Of a stretch of 64,000 nucleotides of DNA, positions 25,823 to 36,365 are shown one piece after another. Origin of the DNA: Hydrurus foetidus (Eukaryota); NCBI GenBank assembly GCA_900617105.1, contig UYFQ01000506.1, positions 124,001-188,000 on the forward strand, read 5' to 3'. How positions within the stretch are numbered: position 1 is the stretch's first letter; each line of letters begins with the position of its first letter. Position numbers and translations under genes: made by a program. The notes beneath the pieces were generated by a model that was not told the DNA's origin, searched no databases, and saw only the letters and a program-made list of their open reading frames with translations.

Positions 25823-26785
25823 GTGGCGCAGTCCCCCGCCAGCCCGCAAGTGCTGGAGAACCATCTGCTGGCCCGGCTGAAGCTCCGTCAGTTGAAGCTG
25901 CTGATCACGGTCGGCGAGCAGCGGAACATCCTGCGCGCCTCGGCCATGCTGAACATCGCCCAGCCCGCCGCCACCAAGATGATCCGAGATCTGGAGGAGG
26001 CGCTGGACATCCAGCTCTTCGAGCGGTCGTCGCGAGGGGTCACCCTGACCCTCGCCGGCGAGATCGTCATCCGCCATGCCAAGCTGATCCTGGCCCAGGT
26101 GCGCCACGCCAGCGAGGAGTTGAGCTCGCTGGGGCAGGGCACGACCGGCAAGATCGTTGTGGGCACCCTGCTGGCGGCCTCGCCGACCCTGCTGCCCCGC
26201 AGCATCGTCGCGCTGCGACGCGAGCGGCCCGGGATCAGCGTGTCGGTCGTCGAAGGCACCGACGAGCGCCTTATGCCGATGCTGCGCGTCGGCGATCTGG
26301 ACATGGTGCTGGGCCGCTTGCCCGAATATCGCGACCGCGAGGGTCTGGAGCAGGAGCTCCTCTACAGCGAGCCGGTGTCGATCGTGACCCGTGCCGGCCA
26401 TCCCCTGGCCTCGCGCACGAGCGTCAGCCTGCACGACCTGCAGACCCAGGACTGGATCATGCCGCCGCCACAGACCTCGCTGCGCCGGCAACTTGAGGAC
26501 TGCTTCCGCAAGGCCGGGCTGGAGCTTCCGGCGCGAACGATGGAGTCGGTGTCGCTGCTGACCAACTATTCGGTGCTCAAGGCGACCGACATGGTCGGGG
26601 CGGTGCCGTATCAGGTCGTGGAAGCGCAGCCGGAACTCGTCCGGCTGCCGATCGGCTTCGAGGTTGGTCCCAGCGCCGTGGGTGTGACGACGCGCACTGG
26701 ATCGCAGGTCTCGCCCGCGACAGCCTATTTCCTGACGATCCTGAGGACGGTAGGCGCGGAGATCGAGGCGGCTCAGCGAGGCTGA
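25823..26785 (+). CDS. LysR-family regulator (PcaQ/GbpR-like)
   Basis: RLKLRQL..LNIAQPAATKMIRDLE HTH; AGGAG RBS before GTG 25823; divergent from the nba-like operon. Confidence 0.93.
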   Translation: MAQSPASPQVLENHLLARLKLRQLKLLITVGEQRNILRASAMLNIAQPAATKMIRDLEEALDIQLFERSSRGVTLTLAGEIVIRHAKLILAQVRHASEELSSLGQGTTGKIVVGTLLAASPTLLPRSIVALRRERPGISVSVVEGTDERLMPMLRVGDLDMVLGRLPEYRDREGLEQELLYSEPVSIVTRAGHPLASRTSVSLHDLQTQDWIMPPPQTSLRRQLEDCFRKAGLELPARTMESVSLLTNYSVLKATDMVGAVPYQVVEAQPELVRLPIGFEVGPSAVGVTTRTGSQVSPATAYFLTILRTVGAEIEAAQRG

Positions 26786-26798
26786 AGCCGCCTGGTCT

Positions 26799-28078
26799 TC
26801 AGGTGACGGCGTCGACGGCCGCGTAGGCCGGCTCGCGCCAGATCTGCTTGTCGATGATCTCGACCAGACGGTCGACGGCGTCCCAGACATCGACGAACCG
26901 CAGGTGCAAGGGTGCGAAGCCGAAACGCATGGTGGCCGGGGCGCGGAAGTCGCCAATCACGCCGCCCGCGATCAGGGCCTTCATGATCGGATAGCCCGAG
27001 GCATGGTCGTAGGCGATGTGACCGCCGCGGTCGGCGGGATCTGGCGGACTGCAGAGCACGAAGCCCGCGTCAGCCAGACGGGTTTCCATCAGATCCTGGA
27101 ACAGTCGGCCCAGCGCCAGCGACTTGGCGCGGATCGCCTCGGTCCCCGCCCGTTCGGTCATGTCGATCCCGGCTTCGGTGGTGACCATGCTGAGGATCGG
27201 CTGGGTGCCGGTCAGCATGCGGCCGATGCCTCGGCAGGGCGATAGTCGCGGTCGAAGGCGAACGGCGCGCCGTGGCCCCACCAACCGGTCATCGGCTGGA
27301 CCGCCGCGCCCTGGTGGCGGCTGGCGACGAACAGGAAGGCCGGGCTGCCCGGACCGCCGTTCAGGTACTTGTAGGTGCAGCCCACGGCGAAGTCCGCGTC
27401 GCAGCCATTGAGGTCCACAGGCATGGCGCCGGCGCTGTGGCACAGGTCCCAGACGGCCAGAGCGCCGTGGGCGTGGGCCTTGGCGGTGATCCCGGCCATG
27501 TCGAGGACGTGGGCGGTCTTGTAGTGGGCCTGGGTCAGGACCACGGCGGCGACATCGTCGTCGATGGCGGCGTCGATGGCGTCCTTCTCGGCGAAGCGGA
27601 TCTGGTGACCCTTGCACAAGGACTCGATCAGCCCCTGAACCATGTAGTTGTTGGTCGGGAAGTTGCTGCCTTCCATCACGATCACGCGCCGATCAGGGCG
27701 CAGGGCCAGAGCGGCGGAGACGACACGAAAGAGGTTCAAGCTGGTCCCGTCGGTCAGCACGACCTCGCCCGGACCCGCGCCGATCAGGCCGGCCAGACGA
27801 TCGCCGAGGCGATAGGGCAGGGCGAACCACCCGGCCTTGTTCCAGCTGGTGATCAGGCCGTCGGCCCATTCCTCCTGCGCTGACTGCGCCACGCGCGCCA
27901 AGGCGGCCCTGGGCGCTGGACCCAGCGAGTTGCCGTTCAGATAGACCACGCCCTCTGGCAGGGCGAACTCGGCGACGAAGGCGGCCAGCGGATCGGCGGC
28001 GTCCATCGCCTCGGCGGCGGCGCGGGAGAGAGAGTCTGACATGGCCCCCGCTATAGGCGCAAAGCTGGAGGCCGTCAT
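26799..28078 (-). CDS. kynU: Kynureninase (frameshift near 27235)
   Basis: YLNGNSLG, NFPTNNY, WDLCHSAGA, GCTYKYLNGGPG (PLP Lys), GWWGH, GVIGDFRAP. Confidence 0.94.
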
Positions 28079-28518
28079 GCCGGAGGCTTGCCCTTGTAGG
28101 TGTCGGTGCCAGCCCAGCCGCGTTCCGAGACGTCGATCATCACGCCTTCGGGGCCGGTCATCTTGTATTCGGCGTTGTCCTTGTCGGGGTTCATGCCCAG
28201 GCCCTGGGCAATGTTGACGTCGTGGCGCGGGGCGAAACCCGAGCTCTCGAACCGGTCAACGACCGCTTCGATGTCGTCGCACTGGAAGCCCAGGTGATGC
28301 AGGCCCGCATATCCCTCAGCGAACTCCATGCCGGCGGCGGGCCGGTTCTTGAAGTTCAGCAGGGCGATGTTGATGGCGCCGTCCGTGACGTAATAGCCAC
28401 GCGCATTGCGGCTATCGATCTTGCCGGCAATGGTCCAGCCCAGCACATCAACGAAGAACTTGGAGGCGTTGTCGGGGTCGTTGGAGGCGATGGCGACGTG
28501 TTTGAGAGGGACGGGCAT
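28075..28518 (-). CDS. VOC/glyoxalase-family protein
   Basis: LKHVAI, TDGAINIALL, GLHHLGF, EYKMTGPEGVMIDVS. Confidence 0.85.
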   Translation of the reverse strand: MPVPLKHVAIASNDPDNASKFFVDVLGWTIAGKIDSRNARGYYVTDGAINIALLNFKNRPAAGMEFAEGYAGLHHLGFQCDDIEAVVDRFESSGFAPRHDVNIAQGLGMNPDKDNAEYKMTGPEGVMIDVSERGWAGTDTYKGKPPA

Positions 28519-28535
28519 GGAAGGACCTTTCGGAT

Positions 28536-29339
28536 CTAGCTGCCGACGCGCAGAGGCGCGGTCATGCCGCGCAGGGCGGCGATCAGGCTGAGGGCGGTGA
28601 TCCGCCCGGTGCCCGGGTTCTCGTCGGTGGGAACGTTCTCGATTTCGAGCACAAGGCGCGCGCTGTCGGCCTCGACCTCGATGCGGTGGCAGTTGCGGGT
28701 CTTGGACGGATCGGCCCAGATTTCCAGCTCGGTGCGGTCGGGGCCGACGCCCGCCAGGCCCAGAGCGGCGGCGACATTGACGTTGGCCGGGAAGGCGCGG
28801 CCCTCGCGAGCCGTGCCGGCGAACAGGCGCAGCGGCGCTTCCAGCCCGTCCAGCTCGATCTTGTTCTCGACCACATATTTGGCCGTTTTCAGCGATCGGG
28901 GCGGCTTGCGGGTGACCATGCGGACCGAATGGATCTGCCCCTCGGCGGCGGCGCGCACGGCGTCGAAGCCCAGCAGGGCGCCGGTCGCCAGAATGATCCG
29001 TCCGCCGTCGGCCCTGGCGCGGTCGATCAGGTCGGGATGGTCAAGCAGGGCCGCGCCGCTGACGGTCAGCAGCACGCGGCCGGCGGCTAGGGCCGGATCG
29101 GCGATGGAGCGAAACGCGGAGGTCGGTGCGCATTCGACGATGATGTCGCACAGTCGGGCCAATTCCTCCGGCGAGACGACCGGCGCCGAAAGACCAAGGT
29201 CTGCGAGCCGTTGCTCGGCCAACGCCTTGCGGCCGGCCGAGACGGCGGCGAGCCCCATTCCGGGGATATCGCCGGCCAGTCTCTGGGCGACGACGCTGCC
29301 GATGGTGCCGAATCCGGCGATGCCAATTTTGAGGGTCAT
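28536..29339 (-). CDS. nadX: L-aspartate dehydrogenase-like protein
   Basis: IGIAGFGTIG, VECAP, TGALLGFDAV, FPANVNVAAAL, ENPGTGRITALS. Confidence 0.88.
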   Translation of the reverse strand: MTLKIGIAGFGTIGSVVAQRLAGDIPGMGLAAVSAGRKALAEQRLADLGLSAPVVSPEELARLCDIIVECAPTSAFRSIADPALAAGRVLLTVSGAALLDHPDLIDRARADGGRIILATGALLGFDAVRAAAEGQIHSVRMVTRKPPRSLKTAKYVVENKIELDGLEAPLRLFAGTAREGRAFPANVNVAAALGLAGVGPDRTELEIWADPSKTRNCHRIEVEADSARLVLEIENVPTDENPGTGRITALSLIAALRGMTAPLRVGS

Positions 29340-29362
29340 GGCCCTTGGCTACCGCGCTCCTC

Positions 29363-29412
29363 TATGTCGGAAAAATAAGAATGGCGCGCATCGTTATCCA
29401 CGAAAGTGAATA
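29363..29412. promoter_or_regulatory. Putative paired operator boxes upstream of nadX-like/TauE genes
   Basis: TATGTCGGAAAAATAAGA (29363) and TATCCACGAAAGTGAATA (29395), starts 32 bp apart. Confidence 0.55.
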
Positions 29413-29489
29413 ACGGCGGCGGGGATTGGTAGATTTCGCGGGGGTGGATTGGCGCTAGCGCAGAGCCAGTTCACTCAGAGGCAAAGACA

Positions 29490-30316
29490 ATGATGATGGA
29501 TATTCCCGCGTTGGCCGCGATGGCGGCGGCGATGGTTGCGGCTGGTCTGGTAGGGGGCGTGATCGCCGGATTGCTGGGGTCGGGGGCGGCATCGTGCTGG
29601 TGCCGGTGCTCGACGCGGCGCTCGGCGTCGCGGGCGTCGATCCGGAAGTTCGCATGCACGTGGCCGTCGCGACCTCGCTGGCGACGATCATTCCCACTTC
29701 GCTCTCGTCTTCGCGCAGTCACCGATCCAAGGGCGCGGTCGATGACGGCCTGATCAAGCGTTGGGGCGTGACGATCTTCATCGGGTCGCTGACGGGTGTG
29801 CTGATCGCCGCCCAGGTGAAGGGCGCGGTGTTGTCGGCGGTGTTTGCCGGCGTGGCGTTCATCGTGGCTCTGAAGATGCTGTTGCCGCTCGAAGGCTTCA
29901 CCTTCGCAAGGCGCGAGCCGCAGGGGCCGGCCGGGCAGGTCCTTCCACTGGCCATTGGCGCAACCTCGACCATGATGGGGATTGGCGGCGGGACGCTTAG
30001 CGTGCCGATCCTGACCCTGTGTTCCTGGTCCATCCACAGGGCGGTGGGAACCGCGTCGCTGTTTGGTCTGCTGATCAGCATCCCAGGAACCATCGGCTAT
30101 GTGATCGGCGGTTTTGGCGATCCTCGTCTGCCCTTCGGCAGCCTGGGCTATGTCAGCCTGATCGGCTTCGCCCTGATCGCGCCGTCGACCTGGGTCGCGG
30201 CCCCGTGGGGCGCAGCCCTGGCGCATCGTCTAAGCAAGCGCCAACTGGGTGTGGCGTTCGGCGGCTTCCTGATGATCGTGTCGCTGCGCATGGCCTGGCG
30301 GGTCTTCGCGGGCTGA
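29490..30316 (+). CDS. TauE/SafE (TSUP) family exporter (frameshift near 29580)
   Basis: AGLLG[V]GGG.VLVP, AVATSLA, GIGGGTLSVP, AVGTAS. Confidence 0.9.
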
Positions 30317-30328
30317 CCGTATAGCAAA

Positions 30329-30376
30329 ATACGGACACGGTATTCCGAAACGGTAGATTAAAACCACTCCGTTATA
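30329..30376. promoter_or_regulatory. Putative LysR boxes upstream of the FAH/ABC operon
   Basis: ATAC-N7-GTAT at 30329-30343 and TAAAACCACTCCGTTATA at 30359-30376 in an AT-rich spacer. Confidence 0.5.
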
Positions 30377-30424
30377 CGATTATCGTTCTCTCCAACGGGC
30401 GCATCGCCCACGGGGAGATTTCGC

Positions 30425-31336
30425 ATGACGGCGCCTTGGTTCGCGATCGGCACTTATGACGGTGGAAAGGGGCCGCGCCCGGCAATCGTCGTCGACGACA
30501 TGCTGTTCGACCTGGCCGCCGTGCAGACGGCGGTCGGTCTGGACGCCGGTGTGGCCAGCGTCGATGCGGCTCTGGCGACCTGGGAAACCACCCAGCCGAT
30601 CCTGGCGGAGATCGCCGCCAAGACCGCCGCTTCGGGGGTGCCGCCGCTCAGCGTCACGCCGCTGGCGCCGTTCAATCCGCGCCGGATCTTCTGCACGGCT
30701 TCGAACTTCGTGGACCACGCCAGCGAGATGAAGACGGCCCTGGCCGCCAAGGTCGACAGCGCGCCCTACATCTTCCTGAAGTCCACTGAATCCGTCGTCG
30801 GCGCCGACGACGAGGTGGTCATCCCCAGCCACTGCACCCAGATCGACTGGGAGGTCGAGCTGGGCGTGGTGATCGGCCGTGAAGGCCATCGCATTTCGGT
30901 CGAGAACGCCCGCGACCACATCGCCGGCTATGTGGTGTTCAACGACGTCTCGGCGCGCGACCAGATCGCCCGCACCGACTTCCCGTTCAAGCACGACTGG
31001 TTCCGCAGCAAGAGCTACGACACCTTCGGCCCGCTCGGCCCCTGGCTGGTGCCCGACGTCTGCATCCCCGACCCGATGAACCTGTCCCTGAAGCTCAGCG
31101 TCAATGACGTGGGCATGCAGGACGGCTCCAGCGCCGAGATGATCTTCAACATCTACGAGCAGATCGCCTATCTCTCGACGTTCGGAAAACTGCGTCCGGG
31201 CGACCTGATCGCGACCGGAACGCCTGCCGGCGTCGGCAAGGGGCGAGGCATCTTCCTCAAGCCCGGCGACCGGATGACCGCCTCGATCGAACTGATTGGC
31301 GCGATCTCTAACCCGCTCGTCGCGGAAGGGGTCTGA
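30425..31336 (+). CDS. Fumarylacetoacetate-hydrolase-family protein
   Basis: IDWEVELGVVIG, FNDVSARD, SKSYDTFGPLGP, PGDLIATGTPAGVG. Confidence 0.93.
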   Translation: MTAPWFAIGTYDGGKGPRPAIVVDDMLFDLAAVQTAVGLDAGVASVDAALATWETTQPILAEIAAKTAASGVPPLSVTPLAPFNPRRIFCTASNFVDHASEMKTALAAKVDSAPYIFLKSTESVVGADDEVVIPSHCTQIDWEVELGVVIGREGHRISVENARDHIAGYVVFNDVSARDQIARTDFPFKHDWFRSKSYDTFGPLGPWLVPDVCIPDPMNLSLKLSVNDVGMQDGSSAEMIFNIYEQIAYLSTFGKLRPGDLIATGTPAGVGKGRGIFLKPGDRMTASIELIGAISNPLVAEGV

Positions 31337-31338
31337 CG

Positions 31339-32324
31339 ATGGCCCGCCGCAGTCTTCTTCTCCTGGCCTCGTGCCTGTCGCTGGTCTTGGCCGGCTGTCA
31401 GGACAAGCCCGCAAAACCGACGCCGCCACGGTCACCTTCAACATGTCATGGCTGCCCCAGGGCAGCATGGGCGGGGTGATCGCCGCCATCGACCGGGGCT
31501 TCTATGCCGAGCAGGGCCTGACGGTGAACGTCACGCGCGGCTTTGGCGGCGTGCGCACGGTCAACGAACTCGACCAGGGCATGTTCGAGTTCGGCTATGG
31601 CGACCCGGTTTCGGTGATCCTCAACCGCTCCAAGGGCGGGCATGTGAAGATGGTCGGGGCGATCAACACCCGCTGGCCGGCCGCGCTTTGCTACATCGTC
31701 GAGCGCCACAAGATCGACAAGCCGCAGGACCTGGTCGGCCTGACCGTCGGCGGCGGCCAGAGCTCCGCCATGCAGGTGGTCGTGCCGGCCTGGCTCAAGC
31801 GAAACGGCGTCGACGCCAGGCAGGTCAAGATGATGCAGCTGGATCCGGCTGTGGTCGTCACCTCGCTGGTCGAGGGCAAGATCGACGCTGGCGAGTGCTG
31901 GCGCGGCAACAGCCTGCCGCTCTTCCGCAAGCGCGCCGCCGAGGCCGGCCTGACCCTGGGCGTGTTGCCCTATGACAAGTTCGGCCTCGATATCTATGGC
32001 AGCGGTGTGATGGCCAGCGACGCCACCATCGCCAGGGATCCAGAACTGGTCCGCAAGTTCCTGGCCGCCACCTACAAGGGCTACGCCTGGGCCGGCGAGC
32101 ATCCGGACGAGGCCGTGGCCCTGATGGTCAAGCGCTATCCGGTGCTGGATCCCAAGGTCACCCGCGAGCAGCTGCTGGAAACCCGCGAGTTGATGGTGGG
32201 CGGTGAGCGCTTCGACGCCGCACGCATGACCAACGCCGTGGCCTTCCTGACCGAGGCCTACGGCCTCGAGAAGCCGCCGGCCGCAGCCGAGGTCTTCACC
32301 AACGACATGCTGGAGCCGCGCTGA
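31339..32324 (+). CDS. NMT1/THI5-type ABC substrate-binding protein (frameshift in signal peptide)
   Basis: WLPQG..AAIDRGFYAEQGLTV, LDIYGSGV, ELVRKFLAATYKG, FTNDML. Confidence 0.88.
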
Positions 32325-32860
32325 TGTATCGCCCCAAGCCCATGAAGCTGGGCCACCTGGTCCTGAAGGTGCGCGACGTCCACGCCTCGGTGGCCTTCTA
32401 CCGGGATGTGGTCGGCCTGGAGGTGTCGGACTGGATCGACGATCGCATGGTGTTCATGCGGGCGGGCGTTGATCACCATGACCTGGCCCTGCTGCAGATG
32501 ACCCCCGACGAGGTCGCGACCCACGCGCCCGGCAAGTCGGTAGTTGAGCACTTTTCCTATCAGGTCGGCGACGTGGTCGAGATTTCGCAGATCGCAGCGA
32601 TGCTGCAGGAGCGCGGCGTCGAGATCGACCGGGGCATCGGCAAGCATGGCCCTGGCCAACTGCTTCCTCGTGTTCCGCGATCCCGGCAGCAGCAATGTCG
32701 AGTTCTATTGCGACATGATCCAGGTCGGCGAAGGCCATCCGGCGCACGAGGCGCGGACCTGGGACGGCAAGGACCTTTTCACCTTCGACCGCTGGTCGCT
32801 GGACCGTTTCGTCGTGCCCCCGCCCGCCAGGATCACCAAGATGCTGACGGTTCCAAGTGA
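32324..32860 (+). CDS. VOC protein resembling an extradiol dioxygenase domain (frameshift near 32655)
   Basis: KLGHLVL, HHDLAL, EHFSY, GIGKHGPG, FRDP..NVEFY. Confidence 0.82.
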   Translation: MYRPKPMKLGHLVLKVRDVHASVAFYRDVVGLEVSDWIDDRMVFMRAGVDHHDLALLQMTPDEVATHAPGKSVVEHFSYQVGDVVEISQIAAMLQERGVEIDRGIGKHGPGQLLPRVPRSRQQQCRVLLRHDPGRRRPSGARGADLGRQGPFHLRPLVAGPFRRAPARQDHQDADGSK

Positions 32861-33606
32861 GGGCCGGGCGCACAAACCCGCTGATCACCGTCGTCTTCTT
32901 CCTGGCCCTGGCCGCCCTCTGGGAGGGTTCGGTCAAGCTGTTCGGGATCAAGACCTATCTGCTGCCGCCGCTCAGCGATGTCGCCGCCGCGTTCTGGGAG
33001 GCGAGGGGACCCCTGCTGTCGAATGGACTGGTCACGCTGGGCGAGGTCCTCGGCGGCTTTGTCCTGGCGGCGATCATGGGCGCTGTGCTGGCGGTGACGG
33101 TGCATGTCTCGCCAGTGGCGCGGGCCACGGCCTACCCGCTGCTGGTCGCCTTGCAGAGCGTGCCCAAGATCGGCCTGGCTCCGCTGATGGTCGTGTGGCT
33201 GGGCTATGGCTTCAGCGCCAAGATCGCCATGGCCTTCCTGTTCGCCTTCTTCCCGATCCTGATCGGGGTGCTGGGCGGTCTGGCCGGCGTGCCCGCCCAC
33301 CTGGACGAGCACTTCCGGGCGCTGGGCGCCTCGCGCTGGACCACCCTGCGTCGACTGCAACTGCCGGCGGCGGCTCCCAACTTCGTCGACGGCTGCAAGG
33401 TGGCCATGCCGCTGGCGGTGATCGGCGCGATCGTCGGCGAGTTCGTCGGCTCCAACAGCGGCCTGGGCAATCTGATCCTGACCGCTACCGGATCGGCCCA
33501 GACGGCCTTGAGCTTCGCGGCCCTGATCGCGGTGACCCTGTTGTCCCTGGCTCTGTTCTACACAGTCGAATTTATCGGAAGGCTTGTCTGGTGGCGCACG
33601 ATCTGA
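32857..33606 (+). CDS. ABC permease (SsuC/TauC type)
   Basis: LLPPLSDV, QSVPKIGLAPL, GAIVGEFVGSNSGLG. Confidence 0.92.
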   Translation: MRAGRTNPLITVVFFLALAALWEGSVKLFGIKTYLLPPLSDVAAAFWEARGPLLSNGLVTLGEVLGGFVLAAIMGAVLAVTVHVSPVARATAYPLLVALQSVPKIGLAPLMVVWLGYGFSAKIAMAFLFAFFPILIGVLGGLAGVPAHLDEHFRALGASRWTTLRRLQLPAAAPNFVDGCKVAMPLAVIGAIVGEFVGSNSGLGNLILTATGSAQTALSFAALIAVTLLSLALFYTVEFIGRLVWWRTI

Positions 33607-34359
33607 CGGCGGTCCGCATCGCGGGCGTCACCAAATACTGGGGCGGGCAAAAGGGAACCTTGGCGCTCGACGGTCTGGACATCAATGTCCGCGACCAGGA
33701 GTTCGTTTCGGTGCTGGGCCCCTCGGGCTGCGGCAAGAGCACCCTGCTGCGCATTCTCGCGGGTCTGACCGAACACGACAAAGGCGCGGTCTCGCTGTTT
33801 GGCGAGCCGGTCGGCAAGCCGCGCGATGATGTCGGCGTGGTGTTCCAGACCGCCAACCTGCTGCCGTGGCTCACGGTCGACGCCAATCTGCGGCTGGCCG
33901 TGGAAGTTCGGCGCGGCGCAAAAGCGGCCGGCGCCATCGATACGGCGCCGCTGATCAGGACCCTGGGCCTGGAAGGCTTCGAGCAGCGCTATCCGCACGA
34001 GCTCTCCGGCGGCATGCGCCATCGCGTGGCCATCGGCCAGGCGCTGATGCTGTCGCCGCGCATGCTGCTGATGGACGAGCCCGTTCGGCGCTCTGGACGC
34101 CCTGACCCGCGACCGGCTGAACATGGAGCTGCTGCGGATCTGGCAGGAGGATCGCAAGACCGTGGTGCTGATCACCCACAGCATCGCCGAGGCCGTGCTG
34201 CTGTCGGACCGCGTCCTGGTGGTCAGTCCGCGTCCGGGCCGGATCATCGCCGACATCGCCATCGACCTGCCGCGTCCCCGCGATCCGGCGACCACCCGCG
34301 CCCTGCCGGCCTTTGCCAGACATGTCACCGAACTCAGCGGTTTGATGGGAGTGATCTGA
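33591..34359 (+). CDS. ABC ATP-binding protein (SsuB/TauB type; frameshift near 34080)
   Basis: GPSGCGKST, LSGGMRHRV, LLMDEP, ITHSIAEAVLLSDR. Confidence 0.92.
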
Positions 34360-35174
34360 TGTCCATTCCTGACGATCGGCGACGACGAACTCTACTACGA
34401 AGACCATGGGGCGGGGCCGGCCATCGTGCTGGCCCACGGCGTCGGCGGCAATCACGCCAGCTGGTTCAATCAGGTCGAGACCCTGTCACGCTCTTACCGG
34501 GTGCTCACCTTCGACCACCGGGGCTTTGGGCGGTCGAGCGACGTCGCCGGCCTCGGGCGGAGCGGCTTTGTCCCCGACCTGACGGCCCTTCTGGATCATC
34601 TGGCCATCGAGCGCGCCGTGCTGGTGGGACAGTCGATGGGCGGCGGGACCTGCCTATCTTTCGCGGCCGCCTATCCGGATCGCGTCGCCGCTGTGGTGCT
34701 GGCCTCGACGCTGCATGCCGTGCTGGAGGATGCCGAAGTCGCGCCGCTCATGGCCGCCGCGCGGGACGCCACGCGCGACCTGTCGCAACTGGATCGGGTG
34801 CTCGACGCTGGTTTCGCGCCGCGAACCCGGCGCAGGCTCGGCTCTATGCCGCGCTGGCCAGCTTTAACCGCACCGACCGGCATGGGCTGGTCGGCGAGTG
34901 GCCGCGCCCCATTCCGCCGGAGGAGATCGGCGCCGGCAAGCCAGTGCTCTTCATGGCGGGCCTGAAAGATCCGATCTTTCCGATCGCGGCCATCCGCGCC
35001 GTTCAGGCTCGGACGCCCGGTTCGTTCCTCGTCGAGTTCGACGCGGGCCACTCGGTCTTCTTCGAGCAACCGGCTGCGTTCAGTGACAGTCTGCTCAGCT
35101 TTTTAGCCGCTTGCGGGATTCGCGGTACGCGTCGCGCGGCCCACAGCAACGCGGCGGGATATGTGACTCCATGA
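34359..35174 (+). CDS. Alpha/beta-fold hydrolase (frameshifted)
   Basis: AHGVGGN, FDHRGFGRS, GQSMGG nucleophile elbow, GLKDPIF, AGHSVFFEQP. Confidence 0.9.
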   Translation: MSIPDDRRRRTLLRRPWGGAGHRAGPRRRRQSRQLVQSGRDPVTLLPGAHLRPPGLWAVERRRRPRAERLCPRPDGPSGSSGHRARRAGGTVDGRRDLPIFRGRLSGSRRRCGAGLDAACRAGGCRSRAAHGRRAGRHARPVATGSGARRWFRAANPAQARLYAALASFNRTDRHGLVGEWPRPIPPEEIGAGKPVLFMAGLKDPIFPIAAIRAVQARTPGSFLVEFDAGHSVFFEQPAAFSDSLLSFLAACGIRGTRRAAHSNAAGYVTP

Positions 35175-36096
35175 CCAAGAAACCTGTCCTGTTGTTCGCC
35201 TGCGCCGGTATCGATGAGGCCGCCTGGCTTTCGGCGTTGAACGCGTCTCTGCCGGATGTGGAGCTGCGGATCTGGCCGCAGATCGGCGACCCTGCCGAGA
35301 TCGACTACGCCCTGCTGTGGAAGCGTCCGGCCTCCATAGCGGCGAGTTTGCCCAATCTTCGAGTCCTGTTCTCTATGGGCGCTGGTGTGGAGTCGCTGCT
35401 GGCCGATCCGGAGCTGCCGGCCAATGTGCGCCTGGCCCGCATGGTCGATCCCAGCCTTGGCGAGGGCATGCGCGAATATGTGCTGCACCGCGTCCCACCA
35501 CCGCCGGATGCCCGAACCGCCGCGCCCGCACCTGGACGCCGCTGGTTTGCAAGGCGGCCCGCGATCAGCGGGTCGGACTGCTCGGCCTGGGCGAGTTGGG
35601 ACGTTCCTGCGGCGCGGCGCTCGCGGCCCTGGGCTTCGACGTCGCCGGGTGGAGCCGCACGCCGCGCGACCTGCCGGGGATCACGACCTATTCCGGCGAT
35701 GAGGGACTGCGCCAGATGCTGGGCCGCACCGATATCCTGGTCTGTCTGCTGCCGCTGACGCCGGCGACCGAGAACATCCTGTGCAAGGCGACCTTCGACG
35801 CCATGCCGCCCGGTGGCTTCCTGATCAATGTCGCGCGGGGCCGTCATCTGGTGGAGCGCGACCTGCTCGACGCCTTCGATGACCGGCAGCTGGCTCATGC
35901 CACGCTCGACGTATTCCGTGAGGAGCCGTTGCCCCAGGACCATCCGTTCTGGGACCACCCCAGGATCGACGTGACGCCGCACTGTTCGGCACTGACCAGT
36001 CCGGGAACCGCCGCGCGCACCCTGGCCGCCAATATCGCCCGAGACCTGGCCGGCGAACCGATCCCCGATCTGGTGGACCGAAGCCGGGGCTACTGA
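35171..36096 (+). CDS. ghrA: Glyoxylate/hydroxypyruvate reductase A-like 2-hydroxyacid dehydrogenase (frameshifted near 35500)
   Basis: FSMGAGV, RMVDP, GLLGLGELG, LLPLTPAT, INVARG, LDVFREEPL, VTPH. Confidence 0.85.
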
Positions 36097-36185
36097 GTCA
36101 TTCTACGCCAATAGTCGACGCGCTCGATCTCCGCGAGGGGACGGGCGCTGTCGTCGTTTTCAGGGTGCGGACTGCATAACGTGAA

Positions 36186-36235
36186 TATGTCATTTTCAAT
36201 ATAGTGGCGCGTGACAATATTATTATTCAGCTATG
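36186..36235. promoter_or_regulatory. Putative paired operator boxes upstream of the TonB-dependent receptor
   Basis: TATGTCATTTTCAATATA (36186) and TATTATTATTCAGCTATG (36218), starts 32 bp apart. Confidence 0.55.
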
Positions 36236-36365
36236 ACAGCCGTGCGTAGCCTTACCTCATCTCCGGAACCTTTCCGGAGAGCCGATCGGTGGCACTTGAC
36301 GCGTCCGCGAGAGGCGCGACAGCGACATGCGGGGGCGACCCGTTGGGGCATGAGGGGAAACTAGA

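Noticed and set aside
32544..35174. 876-aa ORF joining VOC, ABC ATPase and hydrolase pieces
   Set aside because: Chance concatenation of frameshifted genes separated by off-frame sequence
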